Shown: positions 25,735 through 39,419 of the stretch, one piece after another
Layout: each line of letters starts with the position of its first letter
Numbering within the stretch: position 1 is the first letter of the stretch
Assembly (NCBI GenBank): GCA_963732795.1
Contig: CAVTAV010000006.1
Coordinates: 960,181-1,024,180 of the forward strand
Source of the DNA: an uncultured Alphaproteobacteria bacterium
GTDB taxonomy: Bacteria; Pseudomonadota; Alphaproteobacteria; CAVTAV01
DNA length: 64,000 nt
Direction: 5' to 3'
Made by a program: the position numbers and the translations under genes
The notes under the pieces: model-generated
Databases searched by the model: none
What the model saw: only the letters and a program-made list of their open reading frames with translations
What the model was told of the DNA's origin: nothing

Positions 25735-27096
25735 CTATTTGTCCCTCGAGGCGGTCGCGAGCGCGATGCCCCGCAACAGATCAAGCGCATAGGACAGCTG
25801 ATAATCGTTGGTCTTGCTGGCCGTGCCGACGTCGTCCGTGTCGCTGTCGCTGCCGGCGTCCGAGGTGGGACCGCCCGCGCCCGTCTTCGGCGCTTTCGAG
25901 CTCCGCCGGCGCCGGCGTCGCGGTGCCCTCGACCGGCGGCGGCGCCGCCAGATGGCCGCGGAGATCCGCCTCGCTCAGACGCCGACCCTCGTCGTCGATC
26001 GGCTCGACCTTGGCTTGTGCGACCTCGATATCCGGCTCGATTCCCTTGGCCTGGATCGACCGTTCGGCGGGCGTGTAGTAGCGCGCCGTGGTCAGGCGCA
26101 GCGCGCCATGGGTGCCCAAGGGAATGATGGTCTGGACCGAACCCTTGCCGAAGGACCGGGTGCCGAGAATGACCGCGCGGCGGTGATCCTGCAGCGCGCC
26201 CGCGACGATTTCGGAGGCCGAGGCCGAGCCGCCGTTGATCAGCACGATCAGCGGCTTGCCGTTCGCCATATCGCCCGGCTTGGCGTTATAGCGCTGGGTG
26301 TCTTCGGGCCGGCGGCCGCGGGTCGAGACGATCTCGCCATGATCGAGAAAATCGTCGGACACGGCGATCGCCTGATCGAGCAAGACCGCCCGGATTGTCG
26401 CGAAGATCAATGATATAGCCGCGTAGATCGGAGCCGATCTCCTGGGGCAGCTTGGTCAGCGCTTCCTTGACGCCCGTCATCGGTCTGCTCGTTGAAGGAG
26501 GAAATCCGGATATAGCCGACGTCGCGCTCGGCGCGGAACTTGACCGGCTTGATCTGGATGATCTCGCGGGTGATCGAAACGTCGAACGGTTTGTCCGCGC
26601 CGGGCCGCGCGATGGTGAGCTTGATGCTCGAATTGACCGGCCCGCGCATCTTCTCGACCGCGTCGTTCAGTGTCATGCCGACGACGGACTCGCCGTCGAG
26701 CGCGGTGACGTAGTCCCCGGCCTTGATGCCGGCTCTGGAGGCCGGCGTGCCGTCGATCGGCGAGATGACCTTGATCAGGTTGGTGTTGGTATCCATCGTG
26801 ACTTGGATGCCGAGACCGCCGAATTCGCCCCGCGTCTGCACCTGCATGTCGCGGTAGCTCTTGGCGTTCATATAGCTCGAATGCGGATCGAGGGATGCCA
26901 GCATCCCGTTGATCGCGGCCTCGATCATCTTCTCGTCGTCGACCGGCTCGACATAATCGGACCGGACGCGCTCGATGACGTCGCCCAGAAGATTGAGCTG
27001 GCTGAAGATATCGGACTTCGGCTCCTCGCGCCCGACGCTCGGGAACGCGAACAAGACCAATACGATCAGCGCGGCTGGGGCTAATCTCCGCATCAC
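25735..27096 (-). pseudogene. ctpA: carboxy-terminal processing protease CtpA (S41); three frame breaks (~26475, ~26381, ~25897)
   Basis: PDZ region in ORF 26407..27096. Middle piece ...GVKEALTKLPQEIGSDLRGYIIDLRDNPGGL in ORF 26286..26480. Catalytic part LLDQAIAVSDDF...LINGGSASASEIVAGALQD...FGKGSVQ in ORF 25781..26410. The true tail ...SKTNDYQLSYALDLLRGIALATASRDK ends at 25735. Length 1362 = 3n. Confidence 0.85.
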
Positions 27097-28374
27097 CCAC
27101 TAACCTTTCTTTCACTCGCCGCTAGCCACGGGAGCGGGTTGATAGGCTCACCTTGTTTCCGAAGTTCCGACATACAGCCGAGGCTGGGAACCAGGCAAGC
27201 CGTCCGATGAACCATTTCCCATCTGGCCCAACGGCTCGCCGGCCAATACCCATTGGCCTACGACGCCGTCAATCCGGGACATTCCCGCAAGCAGGGTATG
27301 ATATCCCTCGCCGTGGGAGATGATCAAGAGTTGGCCATAATGCCGGAACCGCCCGGCAAATACGATTCGCCCGTCATAAGGGGCCACGACTTCCGCATGG
27401 TCGCGTGTTGCAATCACAACGCCTTTCCGAGGTACGCCGTTTTCGTCGTCCTGTCCATAGAGTGCGACAATTTTGCCTTTCGCCGGCAGGGGCAGCGTTC
27501 CGCGTACGCTTGAGAACGGCCGCTCCATCAGGGCCGCGACGTCCTGGGTGCTGCTCCGGCTTCGGCTTGGTGAGCCGGCTGGCGGCGTCTCGCGCGGCCT
27601 TGTCGATCGCGGCCTGGGCCTTCTCCTGCTCCTCCAGCTTGTCGATCAGGGAGCGAAGATCGGTCGCCTCGGCGGCGAGCTTGGCCATGCGCTCGTCGGT
27701 CGCCTTGGCCTCGGCAAGCGTGCGCTTGCGCTCCGTCCGACTTCTGGGCCAGCAGGTCGTCGATCTCGTCGCGCTTCTGCTTCAAGCGTTTCGGACTGGT
27801 CCGCGAGCGACAGGCGCTCCATCTCGATATCCGCGCGCAAGGCCCTGATCGCGGCGACCTTCCGGCCGATCTCGCGGGCGCGGCCGGCCAAGGGTCGGGA
27901 TGATCCGGTCGAGCAGCAGTCCCGGTCCGCGCGGTGTCGGTCACGGTGGCGGGGCGGGCGATCAGGGTGACCGTGGGCTGCTCGCTGAAGCGCTGCAACC
28001 CGGCGAGGAGCTTCGACAGCTCGCCGCGGCGGGCGTCCAGATCCTTCTTCTTGGCGGCCTCGTCTTGTGCGCGAGCGACTTGATCTTGTCCTCCAGCGCG
28101 GTGACGCGGACTTCGAGGTCCTGAACCTGGGCCGCGGTCGTCGATCAGCTGCTTGCTGCAGCGTGTCGGATTCCTTGGCGATCTTCTCGGCCTTGCCGGT
28201 CAGCTCCTTGCTGCGCGCTGCGGCCTTCCTCGATCTGCTTTTCGATGTCCTGGAGATGCTGGGCGGTGTCGGATTTGCTCGGAGCGTGCGTCCTCGCCGG
28301 CGGCGCGCACCGCCGTCCCTTGCAGGACCAGCGCGAGGCCCGCAGGCCAGGAGGATCGCCCTAGGACGCAACAT
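27093..28374 (-). pseudogene. envC: murein hydrolase activator EnvC-like (coiled coil + M23/LytM domain); about 12 frame breaks
   Basis: The C-terminal LytM domain is in ORF 27148..27528. Its tail YV|ELRKQGEPINPLPWLAASE is reached by one shift. The N-terminal coiled-coil text ([15 protein letters not shown] / [20 protein letters not shown] / [23 protein letters not shown] / AAQVQDLEVRVTALEDKIKSLA / QDEAAKKKDLDARRGELSKLLAGLQRFSEQ / KQKRDEIDDLLAQKS / RKRTLAEAKATDERMAKLAAEATDLRSLIDKLEEQEKAQ) is spread over all three frames. The stop overlaps the ctpA GTG. Confidence 0.7.
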
Positions 28375-30031
28375 GGTGTCCGCTCGCTTCCAGCACGCGG
28401 CGGTCGTTCGCGGCGCCCTGGCGCATGGCGTTGATCAGGCTGTGGCCGGTCATTTCCTTCGGCTTCGGCAGCTCCATCAGCTCCAGCACCGTCGGCGCGA
28501 TATCGGCAAGCCGGCCGTTCGCCAGGGAGACCGTGTCGTGCTCCGCCCGGCAATCGACCAGCACCAGGGGCACGAGATTGGTCGTATGCGCCGTGTGGGG
28601 CTGATGGGTGACGGGATCGCTCATCTGCTCCGAGATTGCCGTGGTCCGCCGTGATCAGCATCGCGCCGCCGACCCGGGCCAGGGCGTCGCGCAATTCGCC
28701 GAGGCTGTGATCGACCGTCTCCACCGCCTTGACCGCGGCGCTCAGGATTCCGGTGTGGCCGACCATGTCGGGATTGGCGAAGTTCACGACGATCAGGTCG
28801 TAGATCCCGCTCTCGATCGCCTGAACGAGCTTCTCGGTGACCTCGGGCGCCGACATCTCGGGCTGGAGATCGTAGGTCGCGACCTTGGGCGAGGGGACGA
28901 GAATGCGGTCCTCGCCGTCGAATTCGTGCTCGTCGCCGCCATTCAGGAAGAAGGTGACATGGGCGTATTTCTCGGTCTCCGCGATCCGGAGCTGGCGGAG
29001 CCTTGCCTTGGCCATGACCTCGCCCGAGCGTGTTCACCACGCGCTCGGCCGGGAACAGCGCGGGCAGATAGCGGTTCAAGCTGTCGGAATATTCGACCAT
29101 GCCGCATTTGGCGGCGAAATCGACCCGGCGGCGGCGCGGGAAGCCTTCGAAATGGTTCTCGACCAGGGCCGATCAGGATCTGCCGGGCGCGGTCGGCGCG
29201 GAAATTCGCCATCAGCAGCCCATCGCCGTCGCGCATGCCTTTGAAGCTGCCGACGACGGTCGGCTCGACGAATTCGTCGTTCTCGCCGCGCTCATAGGCC
29301 GCCGTCACGGCCGCCTCGGCGGTCGACGCATTGTGGCCGTCGCCCTCGACCATGCAGACATAGGCCTTCTCGACCCGGTCCCAGCGCTTGTCGCGGTCCA
29401 TGGCGAAATAGCGTCCGATCACGGTGGCGATCGAGACCGTATCCAGATCCGCCGTGGCGGCTTCGAATTTGCGGATGTAGCCGACGGCGCTGCGCGGCGG
29501 GGTGTCCCGGCCGTCCAGGAGCGCATGGATCGCGACCCGAATACCGGCACCCGCGATGATCCGCGCGAGTGCTGCGATGTGATCCTGGTGGGAATGGACG
29601 CCGCCCGGCGACATGAGCCCCATGAGGTGGCAGGTGCCGCCCGAAGCCTTGAGCGCCGCGATGAAATCGACGAGAGCGGGGATTTTCTCGATCTCGCCCG
29701 CTTCGATGGCGTGGTCGATCCGCGGCAGGTCCTGCAGCACGATCCGGCCGCCGCCGATATTCATGTGGCCGACCTCGGAATTGCCCATCTGGCCCGCGGG
29801 CAGGCCCACGGCGACGCCAGACGTTTCAATGAGCGCGGTGGGGCAGGTCTCGATCAGCGAGGACCAGACCGGCGTCTTGGCTTGGGCGATGGCGTTATCG
29901 GCGCCCTCGGCGCTGACGCCCCAGCCGTCCAGAATGCACAAAACGACCGGCCTGGGCCGGTCTGCTTGCGCTCCAGACCGGGCGCCGGACGCTCTCTCTG
30001 TCGTGCTAGCCATATCTCCCGACGGTACCAC
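28361..30031 (-). pseudogene. gpmI: 2,3-bisphosphoglycerate-independent phosphoglycerate mutase; three frame breaks (~29173, ~29022, ~28631)
   Basis: N-terminus ...VVLCILDGWG...NSEVGHMNIGGGR in ORF 28943..30031. Continuations: ILSALVENHFEGF...MVEYSDSLN; NTLG|[29 protein letters not shown]...[12 protein letters not shown]...ITADHGN; then [14 protein letters not shown]. Length 1671 = 3n. The start could be the internal MASTTER at 30013. Confidence 0.85.
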
Positions 30032-30152
30032 CGATTGGGTTGATTAATCTCTAAGCCCCGGAATTTACGCCGATATGGGCCGTCCGGGCCGAATTACGAG
30101 AATGTTTAACGTAAAAAGCCGTGTTTTCCCAATAATTTCCCGAGCAAACTTG

Positions 30153-30602
30153 TCACGCCCGGTGATAGGGATGGCCGGCGAGAATGGTCGAGGCCCGGTA
30201 GAGCTGCTCGGCGAGCATCCCTCGCACCATCAGATGGGGCCATGTCATGGGCCCGAGCGAGAGCCGCATATCGGCCCGGTCGAGGACCGCAAGCCCATGC
30301 CCGTCCGCCCCGCCGATCAGAAACGCCACGTCGCCGACCCCGGCGTCCCGCCAGCGCTTCAAGCGCTCCGCGAAGCCGACGCTGTCGAGGGTTTCGCCCC
30401 GCTCGTCGAGCGCCACCATCGTCGCTCCGGGGGGCACCGCCTTCAACAGCCGCTCACCCTCGCGTGTCTGGCGGTCCGCGCCGCCCGGCTCAGTGAAATC
30501 CCTGACCGTCACGGTCCAGGGCAGCCGCTTGACATAGGTATCGAGGATCTGCTGCTCGGGGCCCTTTCGCGACCTGCCGATGGCGGCAATGACGATCCGC
30601 AT
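30153..30602 (-). CDS. rlmH: 23S rRNA (pseudouridine1915-N3)-methyltransferase RlmH
   Basis: MRIVIAAIGRSRKGPEQ...FLIGGADGH...LSLGPMTWPHLMVRGMLAEQLYRA. ATG at 30602 preceded by GGAGGG. Confidence 0.85.
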   Translation of the reverse strand: MRIVIAAIGRSRKGPEQQILDTYVKRLPWTVTVRDFTEPGGADRQTREGERLLKAVPPGATMVALDERGETLDSVGFAERLKRWRDAGVGDVAFLIGGADGHGLAVLDRADMRLSLGPMTWPHLMVRGMLAEQLYRASTILAGHPYHRA

Positions 30603-30662
30603 AACCACCCTCCGGCTTGGCGACAGCCGCGCCGCCTTACGTCTCGTAGCCGTCCGCCGGGC

Positions 30663-31061
30663 TTAAACCGCGGCGACCAGTCCCCGGTCGATATCCGCCG
30701 ACCACATCTTCTCGAGATTGTAGAAGGCGCGGACCTCGGGCCTGAACAGATGCACGACCACGTCTCCGGCGTCGATAAGGACCCAATCGGCCTGGGGCAA
30801 GCCCTCGGCCGCGCGCGTCTCGTAGCCCTGGTCCTTCAATCGCCGAACCACGTGATCGGCCATCGACGCCACGTGCCGATGGGACGTGCCGCTGGCGATG
30901 ACCATATAATCCGCGATTGAGGATTTGCCGGCTAGGCCGATGGAGACGGCGTCTTGCGCCTTGTCGTCGTCGAGAGATTTGAGGACAGCATTCAACAGAC
31001 GTTGCACAGGCTTCGTCGATTTACGAGCTGGAATAGGCGAATACTCCTGAAGCTTCTCCAA
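30663..31061 (-). CDS. rsfS: ribosome silencing factor RsfS
   Basis: 132-aa ORF with ...DYMVIASGTSHRHVASMADHV...WVLIDAGDVVVHLFRPEVRAFYNLEKMW. Confidence 0.85.
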   Translation of the reverse strand: MEKLQEYSPIPARKSTKPVQRLLNAVLKSLDDDKAQDAVSIGLAGKSSIADYMVIASGTSHRHVASMADHVVRRLKDQGYETRAAEGLPQADWVLIDAGDVVVHLFRPEVRAFYNLEKMWSADIDRGLVAAV

Positions 31062-31119
31062 TGGTGCCGGGCGCCTCGCGCCCGCGCATGATCCTAGATT
31101 ATAATCTTGACGGTTTTTT

Positions 31120-31771
31120 TCAACCTCGATCGCATGACCGGATCGCCGTGGCCGACACGGGGCTCAAAGTGCCGTGGAGAAACACCCAGGCGGGCGGTTT
31201 CCGGGAGGCCAGGCGCCGCGCCTGGTGCTCGGACAGGCGGTAGCGGGCGAAGGCATGGGCGGCCTTGCAGGCGTTGGCGGCGAGCGTGTAGCCCGGCCGG
31301 TCGTAGACGGCGATGGGGACGGTTTCGAAGATCGCCCGCCAGCGCTGCCATTTGGCGATCTGGATGAGGTTGTCGGCCCCCATCAGCCAGACGAAGCGGA
31401 CGTCCGGCGCGCGCGCCGCCAAGCGTCTCGATCGTATCGGCGGTGTATTGGCTGCCGAGCCCGGCCTCGATATCGGTGACGACGATGCGCCGGTCCGCGC
31501 CGGCGACCGCCCTGGCCTGGGCGAAGCGCTCGGCCAGGGGCGCCATGCCGTCGGTGGGCTTAAGCGGGTTCTGCGGCGAGACGAGCCACCAGATCTGATC
31601 GAGATCGAGCCGTTTGCGGAGCTCGCGCGAAATATGGAGGTGGCCTTCATGGGCGGGATTGAACGAGCCGCCAAGCAGGCCGATCCGGGCGCCGCGCCGA
31701 TCGGCGAGGCCCGGTAGCCGGAGGATCGCCCGCGCCTCAGGGCCGGATCTGGCCCGTGCCCCGGACGACAT
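31120..31771 (-). pseudogene. nadD: nicotinate-nucleotide adenylyltransferase NadD; frame broken once (extra base near 31420)
   Basis: ORF 31094..31771 has IGLLGGSFNPAHEGHLHIS up to YTADTIETL. The text continues AARAPDVRFVWLMGADNLIQIAKWQRW... in the frame of ORF 31120..32067. Length 652 = 3n+1. Confidence 0.8.
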
Positions 31772-33031
31772 ATTTGAAGGTGGTCAATTGCTCGACGCCG
31801 ACGGGCCCCGGCGAATGCAGCTTGCCGGTCGAGATGCCGATCTCCGCGCCCATGCCGAACTCGCCGCCGTCGGCGAATTGGGTCGAGGCGTTGTGCATCA
31901 CGATGACACTGTCGACCTCGTCCAGGAACTTCTCGGCGGCCGCCGCGTCCTCGGTGACGATGGATTCCGTGTGGCGGGAATTGTGGTGCGCGATATGGTC
32001 GATCGCGCCCGCGACGCCGTCCACGGCCTTGACGGCGATGATCGCGTCGAGGAACTCGGTGTCCCAATCGGCCTCGGTCGCTGGCACGATCCGGGAATCG
32101 AGCGCGCGGGTCGCCTCGTCGCCGCGCACTTCGCAGCCGGCCTGGATCAGGTCATCGACGATCGGCTTCAGATGGGTGCCGAGCACGGCCTTGTCGACCA
32201 AGCAGCGTCTCGGCCGCGCCGCAAATGCCGGTCCGGCGCATCTTGGCGTTGAGCGTGATCTTGGCGCGCCTTGTCGAGATCGGCCGCGCGGTCGACATAG
32301 ACGTGGCACAGCCCTTCGAGATGGGCGAGCACCTGGATCTGGCTTTCCTGCTGGACCCGCTCGATCAGCCCGCGTCCGCCGCGCGGCACGATCACATCGA
32401 TATAATCGACCATCCGCAGCATGACGCCGACGGCCGCCCGGTCCTGGGTCGGCACCATCTGGATCGCCGCTTCGGGGAGTCCCGCGGATTTCAGGCCTTC
32501 GACCAGCGCCGCGTGGATCGCCCGGCTGGACAGCGTGCTTTCCGTGCCGCCGCGCAGGATCACCGCATTGCCCGCTTTGAGGCACAGGCCGCCGGCATCC
32601 GCCGTCACATTGGGCCGGGATTCATAGATGATCCCGATGACGCCGAGAGGCACGCGGACGCGCGAGATTTCGAGCCCGTTGGGCCGGGTCCATTTGGCGA
32701 GAACGCGCGCCGACCGGATCGGCCAGCGCCGCGACTTCTTCGAGGCCCACGGCCATCGCCTCGACGCGCTTGTCGTTCAAGGTCAGCCGGTCGAGGAACG
32801 CGCCCTTGGTGCCGCGCTGCTTGGCGGCCGCAACGTCCTGGGCATTGGCCTCCAGAATGGCGGCGCTATTCGCGCGGATGGCGGCCGCGGCGGCCTTGAG
32901 CGCTGCGTTCTTGGCTCGGTGGAGGCGCGCGCCAGCTCATGCGCGGCCGCGCGGGCGCGTTCGCCCATAGTGATCATGGCCGCTTCGAGATCGGCGGCTT
33001 CCGGCTCGCGGGCAAGAGTGGTCAGGCTCAT
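31737..33031 (-). pseudogene. proA: glutamate-5-semialdehyde dehydrogenase ProA; four frame breaks (~32915, ~32705, ~32263, ~32198)
   Basis: The pieces join as MSLTTLAREPEAADL...HELARASTE | AKNAALKAAAAAIRANSAAILEANAQDV... | [33 protein letters not shown]...[11 protein letters not shown] | [21 protein letters not shown] | [14 protein letters not shown]...[12 protein letters not shown]. Length 1295 = 3n+2, which fits one deletion plus three insertions. Confidence 0.85.
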
Positions 33032-33034
33032 GGC

Positions 33035-34201
33035 TCAGGCCTCCTTCACGCCGGGCTCGCTCTCGCTTGCGGCGAGGAGCACGAGATCGTCCCGGTGGAT
33101 GAGTTCTTCGCGGCCACGGTAGCCGAGAATGGCTTCGATATCACGGCTTTTGTGGCCGATGATGCGCTTGGCGTCCTTGCTCGAATAGGCCGAAAGCCCG
33201 CGCGCGATCTCGCGGCCTGAGGCATCGCGCACCCTCACCGCATCGCCGCGCTCGAACATGCCTTCGACCGCCGTAACGCCTGCCGGTAGAAGGCTTTTCC
33301 CCCGTCCCAAGCGCACCGGCGGCCCCGGCGTCGACAAGGTAATCCCCGGCGGGCACCAGGGTTCCGGCGATCCATTGCTTGCGGGCGGTGACGGGCGTCG
33401 CCTCGGGCAGGAACCAACTCCCCCGACCGGTCTCGCGGAAGCGCTGCAACGGGTGCGTTTCCTTGCCGTTGATGATCGCCATCGCGCAGCCGGCAGCGAC
33501 CGCGATCCGGGCGGCGGCGAGCTTGGTGACCATGCCGCCCTTGCCGAAGCCGGTGGGCTTGGGCGCGCCGGCCATATCTGCGATCTCGTTGGTGATCGCA
33601 CGGACGACGGGCACGAATTCGGCGTCCGGATCGGTTTCGGGATTGGCGGTGTAGAGCCCGTCCACGTCGGACAGCAGGATCAGGCAATCGGCGCTGATCA
33701 TCTGGGCGACGCGGGCGGCGAGCCGATCGTTGTCGCCGTAGCGGATTTCGGCGGTCGCCACCGTGTCGTTCTCGTTGATCACGGGGATCGCGCCGAGGCT
33801 CAACAGCGTGTTGATGGTGCTGCGGGCATTGAGATAGCGGCGGCGTTCCTCGGTGTCCGAGAGGGTCAGGAGGATTTGGGCGACGGTGATCTCGTGCTCG
33901 CCGAGGATTTCCTGATAGGCGTGGGCGAGGCGGATCTGACCGACCGACGCCGCAGCCTGGCTTTCTTCGAGCTTCTGGCGGGTCAGATTGAGGCCGAGAT
34001 GGCGGCGGCCGAGAGCGATCGCGCCGGAAGAAACGATCACCACCTCCTTGCCGCCGTCCTTGCGCAAGGCGGCGATATCCGCCGCGACGGTTTTCAGCCA
34101 GTTGCGCCGAAGGGTGCCGCTCGGGGATTCGACCAGAAGGGCCGAGCCGATCTTGATGACGACCCGGCGCGCCTTGTCGAGGGCGGAGATCGCGGACTGC
34201 A

Positions 34202-34205
<4 letters not shown>
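33035..34205 (-). pseudogene. proB: glutamate 5-kinase ProB; frame broken once in a G/C run (33298-33302)
   Basis: ORF 33141..34205 (…[10 protein letters not shown]…VSSGAIALG…ENDTVAT…) reads up to [10 protein letters not shown]. The PUA-domain text [23 protein letters not shown]... is in ORF 33035..33601. Length 1171 = 3n+1. Confidence 0.85.
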
Positions 34206-35365
<1,160 letters not shown>

Positions 35366-35623
35366 TCAGTCGGACGGGATCACGGACACATAGGTCCGGC
35401 CCAGCCGACCCTTGTCGAATCTGACATTGCCTTCGGTGGTTGCAAAGAGGGTGTGGTCCTTGCCCATGCCGACATTCTCGCCCGGGTGCCATTTCGTGCC
35501 CCGCTGGCGGATGATGATGTTGCCGGAGATCACCTTCTCGCCGCCGAATTTCTTCACGCCGAGGCGCCGGCCTGCCGTATCGCGGCCGTTGCGGGAGCTA
35601 CCGCCTGCTTTCTTATGGGCCAT
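35366..35623 (-). CDS. rpmA: 50S ribosomal protein L27
   Basis: 85-aa [32 protein letters not shown]... Confidence 0.95.
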   Translation of the reverse strand: MAHKKAGGSSRNGRDTAGRRLGVKKFGGEKVISGNIIIRQRGTKWHPGENVGMGKDHTLFATTEGNVRFDKGRLGRTYVSVIPSD

Positions 35624-35629
35624 GAGTCC

Positions 35630-36244
35630 TTACTCCTTGGTCTTCTTTTTGGCGGCGGGCTTCTTCGCGGGAGCTTTCTTGGCCGCCGGCTTCTTGTCGC
35701 CATCCGTCTTCTTCGCCGCAGCCTTTTTGGGCGCGGCCTTCTTGGTTTCGGTCTTCTTGGCTTCGGTCTTGGGAGCCGCCTTCTTGGCGGGCGTCTTCTT
35801 GGGCGCGGCAGCCGTCTTCTTCTCGGCGGGCTTCGCGGCCGGGGTCTTCTCGGCCGGCTTTTCCTCCGGCTTTGCCGCGACCGCTTCCGGCTTGGGCGCG
35901 GGCTTCGCGGCCTTCTTGGCCGGCTTCTTGCCGTCGGTCAGGATTTCGGTGACCTTGAGCACCGTCAGATCCTGGCGATGGCCGGCGCGGCGGCGCGAAT
36001 TCTGCCGGCGACGCTTACGGAACACGATAATCTTCGGCCCGCGGTCATGCTCGACCACCTCGGCCGCGACCGTGGCGCCCTCGACCGTCGGCGTGCCCAT
36101 GGTCACGCTGGAGCCTTCGCCGAGCATCAGCACATCGGTGAGCTCCACCGTATCGCCGGGCTCGCCCGCGAGCTTCTCGACCGAAATGACGTCGTCGATG
36201 GCGACCTTGTATTGCTTGCCGCCGCTCTTGATCACTGCGAACAT
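35630..36244 (-). CDS. rplU: 50S ribosomal protein L21 with a roughly 100-aa Lys/Ala/Pro-rich C-terminal extension
   Basis: The N-terminal ~100 aa ([25 protein letters not shown]...[17 protein letters not shown]) are canonical L21. They are followed in frame by ...[38 protein letters not shown]...[21 protein letters not shown]. Confidence 0.9.
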   Translation of the reverse strand: MFAVIKSGGKQYKVAIDDVISVEKLAGEPGDTVELTDVLMLGEGSSVTMGTPTVEGATVAAEVVEHDRGPKIIVFRKRRRQNSRRRAGHRQDLTVLKVTEILTDGKKPAKKAAKPAPKPEAVAAKPEEKPAEKTPAAKPAEKKTAAAPKKTPAKKAAPKTEAKKTETKKAAPKKAAAKKTDGDKKPAAKKAPAKKPAAKKKTKE

Positions 36245-36420
36245 TGTCGTTTCCGCAAAAGGCCGGAGTGTCGCCCTCGGGCGTGTCCGGCGTTCTTCAT
36301 TCTAGCGCATAAACATAGGGGCGGCTCGGGACCAGCCCGCCGCCCTTGCTTTTCGGGGCCGCACTATACCGGCCGGTCCCCAGCAGTCAATGGCTTTGAC
36401 TCGGTTTCGGCCCCGCCGCT

Positions 36421-38060
<1,640 letters not shown>

Positions 38061-38069
38061 CCGGATTCC

Positions 38070-38754
38070 CTAATTTTCCAGCCGAAAGCGGCTTCCGGGA
38101 TGAAAAAGCCGGGCGATCGAGGCGACAATTCCGGCGTTTTCGACGCGTTTCGTGATCAAAAGACAGGATTCCTGGGCTTTCATGTCCAGAAGCTCCGCCG
38201 TCCGCCTGTTTGGTGGAACCGCTTCCACTGTCGTGTGTGTCGTAGCCCCGGGGAGCGCGCGCGCGAGCATGTCGTCGGGAAGCTCGGTTTCCGCATAGGA
38301 CGGCACGGCATCCAGATTGATGTGGCGCTCCTCGAGCTGGACAGGCCGGTCGTTCTCGGCATGGAGGATGAGCGCGAAGGCGAGGCGGGTGCCGGCGGGG
38401 AGGCCGTAGAGTCGGGCGAGTTCGGGCCGGGCCTCGAAGCGCGCGGATTCGACGACCCGCCAGCGATGGGCGCGGCCGCGGCCCGCGATCCATTGGGCGA
38501 TGGGCGGAATGGCGATCGTCTCGGGCAGCCGATTGCGGCTCGGCGACGAAACTGCCGACCCCGCCGAGACGGACGACCCTGCCTTCCTGGGCCAACTCGC
38601 GGACCGCGCGGTTGATGGTCATGCGGGAGATGCCGAGCTCGGCCACCAGCTCGTTCTCCGACGGGATGCGCGCGCCGGGCGGCCAATCGCCGGAGCCGAT
38701 CCGGTCGAGAATATGCTGCTTCACGGTCTGATAACGGGCTGCGATATCCGTCAC
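38070..38754 (-). pseudogene. GntR-family (HutC/UTRA subfamily) transcriptional regulator; frame broken once (extra base near 38535)
   Basis: wHTH IPSENELVAELGISRMTINRAVRELAQEGRVVRLGGVGSFVAEP, then the UTRA domain NRLPETIAIPPIAQ...LILHAENDRPVQLEERHINLDAVPSYAET...ARLFHPGSRFRLEN in the frame of ORF 38070..38306. GTG start at 38754. Length 685 = 3n+1. Confidence 0.75.
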
Positions 38755-38797
38755 GGGCCTGGCTCCCTGTGGAAGGCCGATAGCGCAGTGTATTAAC

Positions 38798-38811
38798 CTA
38801 TACAAGTATAG
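38798..38811. promoter_or_regulatory. candidate GntR/HutC-type operator (inverted repeat CTATAC-N2-GTATAG)
   Basis: Perfect 6-bp arms located 44 nt upstream of the GntR start. Contains the GT-N-TA-N-AC style core used by HutC-like repressors. Confidence 0.35.
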
Positions 38812-39209
38812 TCAAATGTGGCCGCGAATTGAGAAGCCGACGATCCCTCCCCGCGTATCGCCGGCTTACCGACGCCGTCGATCAATATAGGGCAGTATAT
38901 ACCAATTCGCGGCCCTAGCAGCAGGACTCAAATGGCCGCTAAAAGGTGTGGCAGCGACGCCACGCTGGCGCCAGAATCCGCAACGGCCATTCCCCGTTTC
39001 CCGTCCTATGTCCATGATCTCAATCAAAATCCGTTATGAGATCGGTCCAATCAGTTGTAAAGTGGAGGGCGAATCACGGCGTGTCTCAATAAATGTCTTT
39101 CGCGTTTATGATGGGGGTCGCTCTGATCGGATTGGAGTGGCGTCCGCTGACGTTTGCAGATTTATTGTGAGTCGCCGCGTTTCGGTTATGAGGTTTGGAG
39201 ACTAAGCGC

Positions 39210-39419
39210 ATGGCTACTGGAACCGTGAAGTGGTTCAACCCTACCAAGGGCTACGGCTTTATTCAGCCCGAAGACGGATCTAAGGACGCATTCGTTCATA
39301 TTTCCGCGGTCGAAAGGGCCGGGCTCACGACCCTGGTCGAAGGACAGAAGGTTCAATTCGAGCTGGTTTCGGGCCGCAACGGCCGGTCATCAGCCGAGAA
39401 TCTCACGATCCTTTCCTAA
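39210..39419 (+). CDS. cspA: cold-shock protein (CspA family)
   Basis: [34 protein letters not shown]... with the RNP1/RNP2 motifs. GGAG lies 10 nt upstream. Preceded by a long, comparatively AT-rich leader. Confidence 0.9.
   Translation: MATGTVKWFNPTKGYGFIQPEDGSKDAFVHISAVERAGLTTLVEGQKVQFELVSGRNGRSSAENLTILS

Noticed and set aside
35640-35940. Short repeated GC-rich units that might be a tandem repeat or CRISPR-like array
   Set aside because: They are the codons of the Lys/Ala/Pro-rich L21 tail. They are in frame, irregular in period, and have no spacer/repeat architecture.
38948-39205. 85-aa forward ORF upstream of cspA
   Set aside because: No ribosome-binding site, odd composition, and it lies within the expected csp leader.
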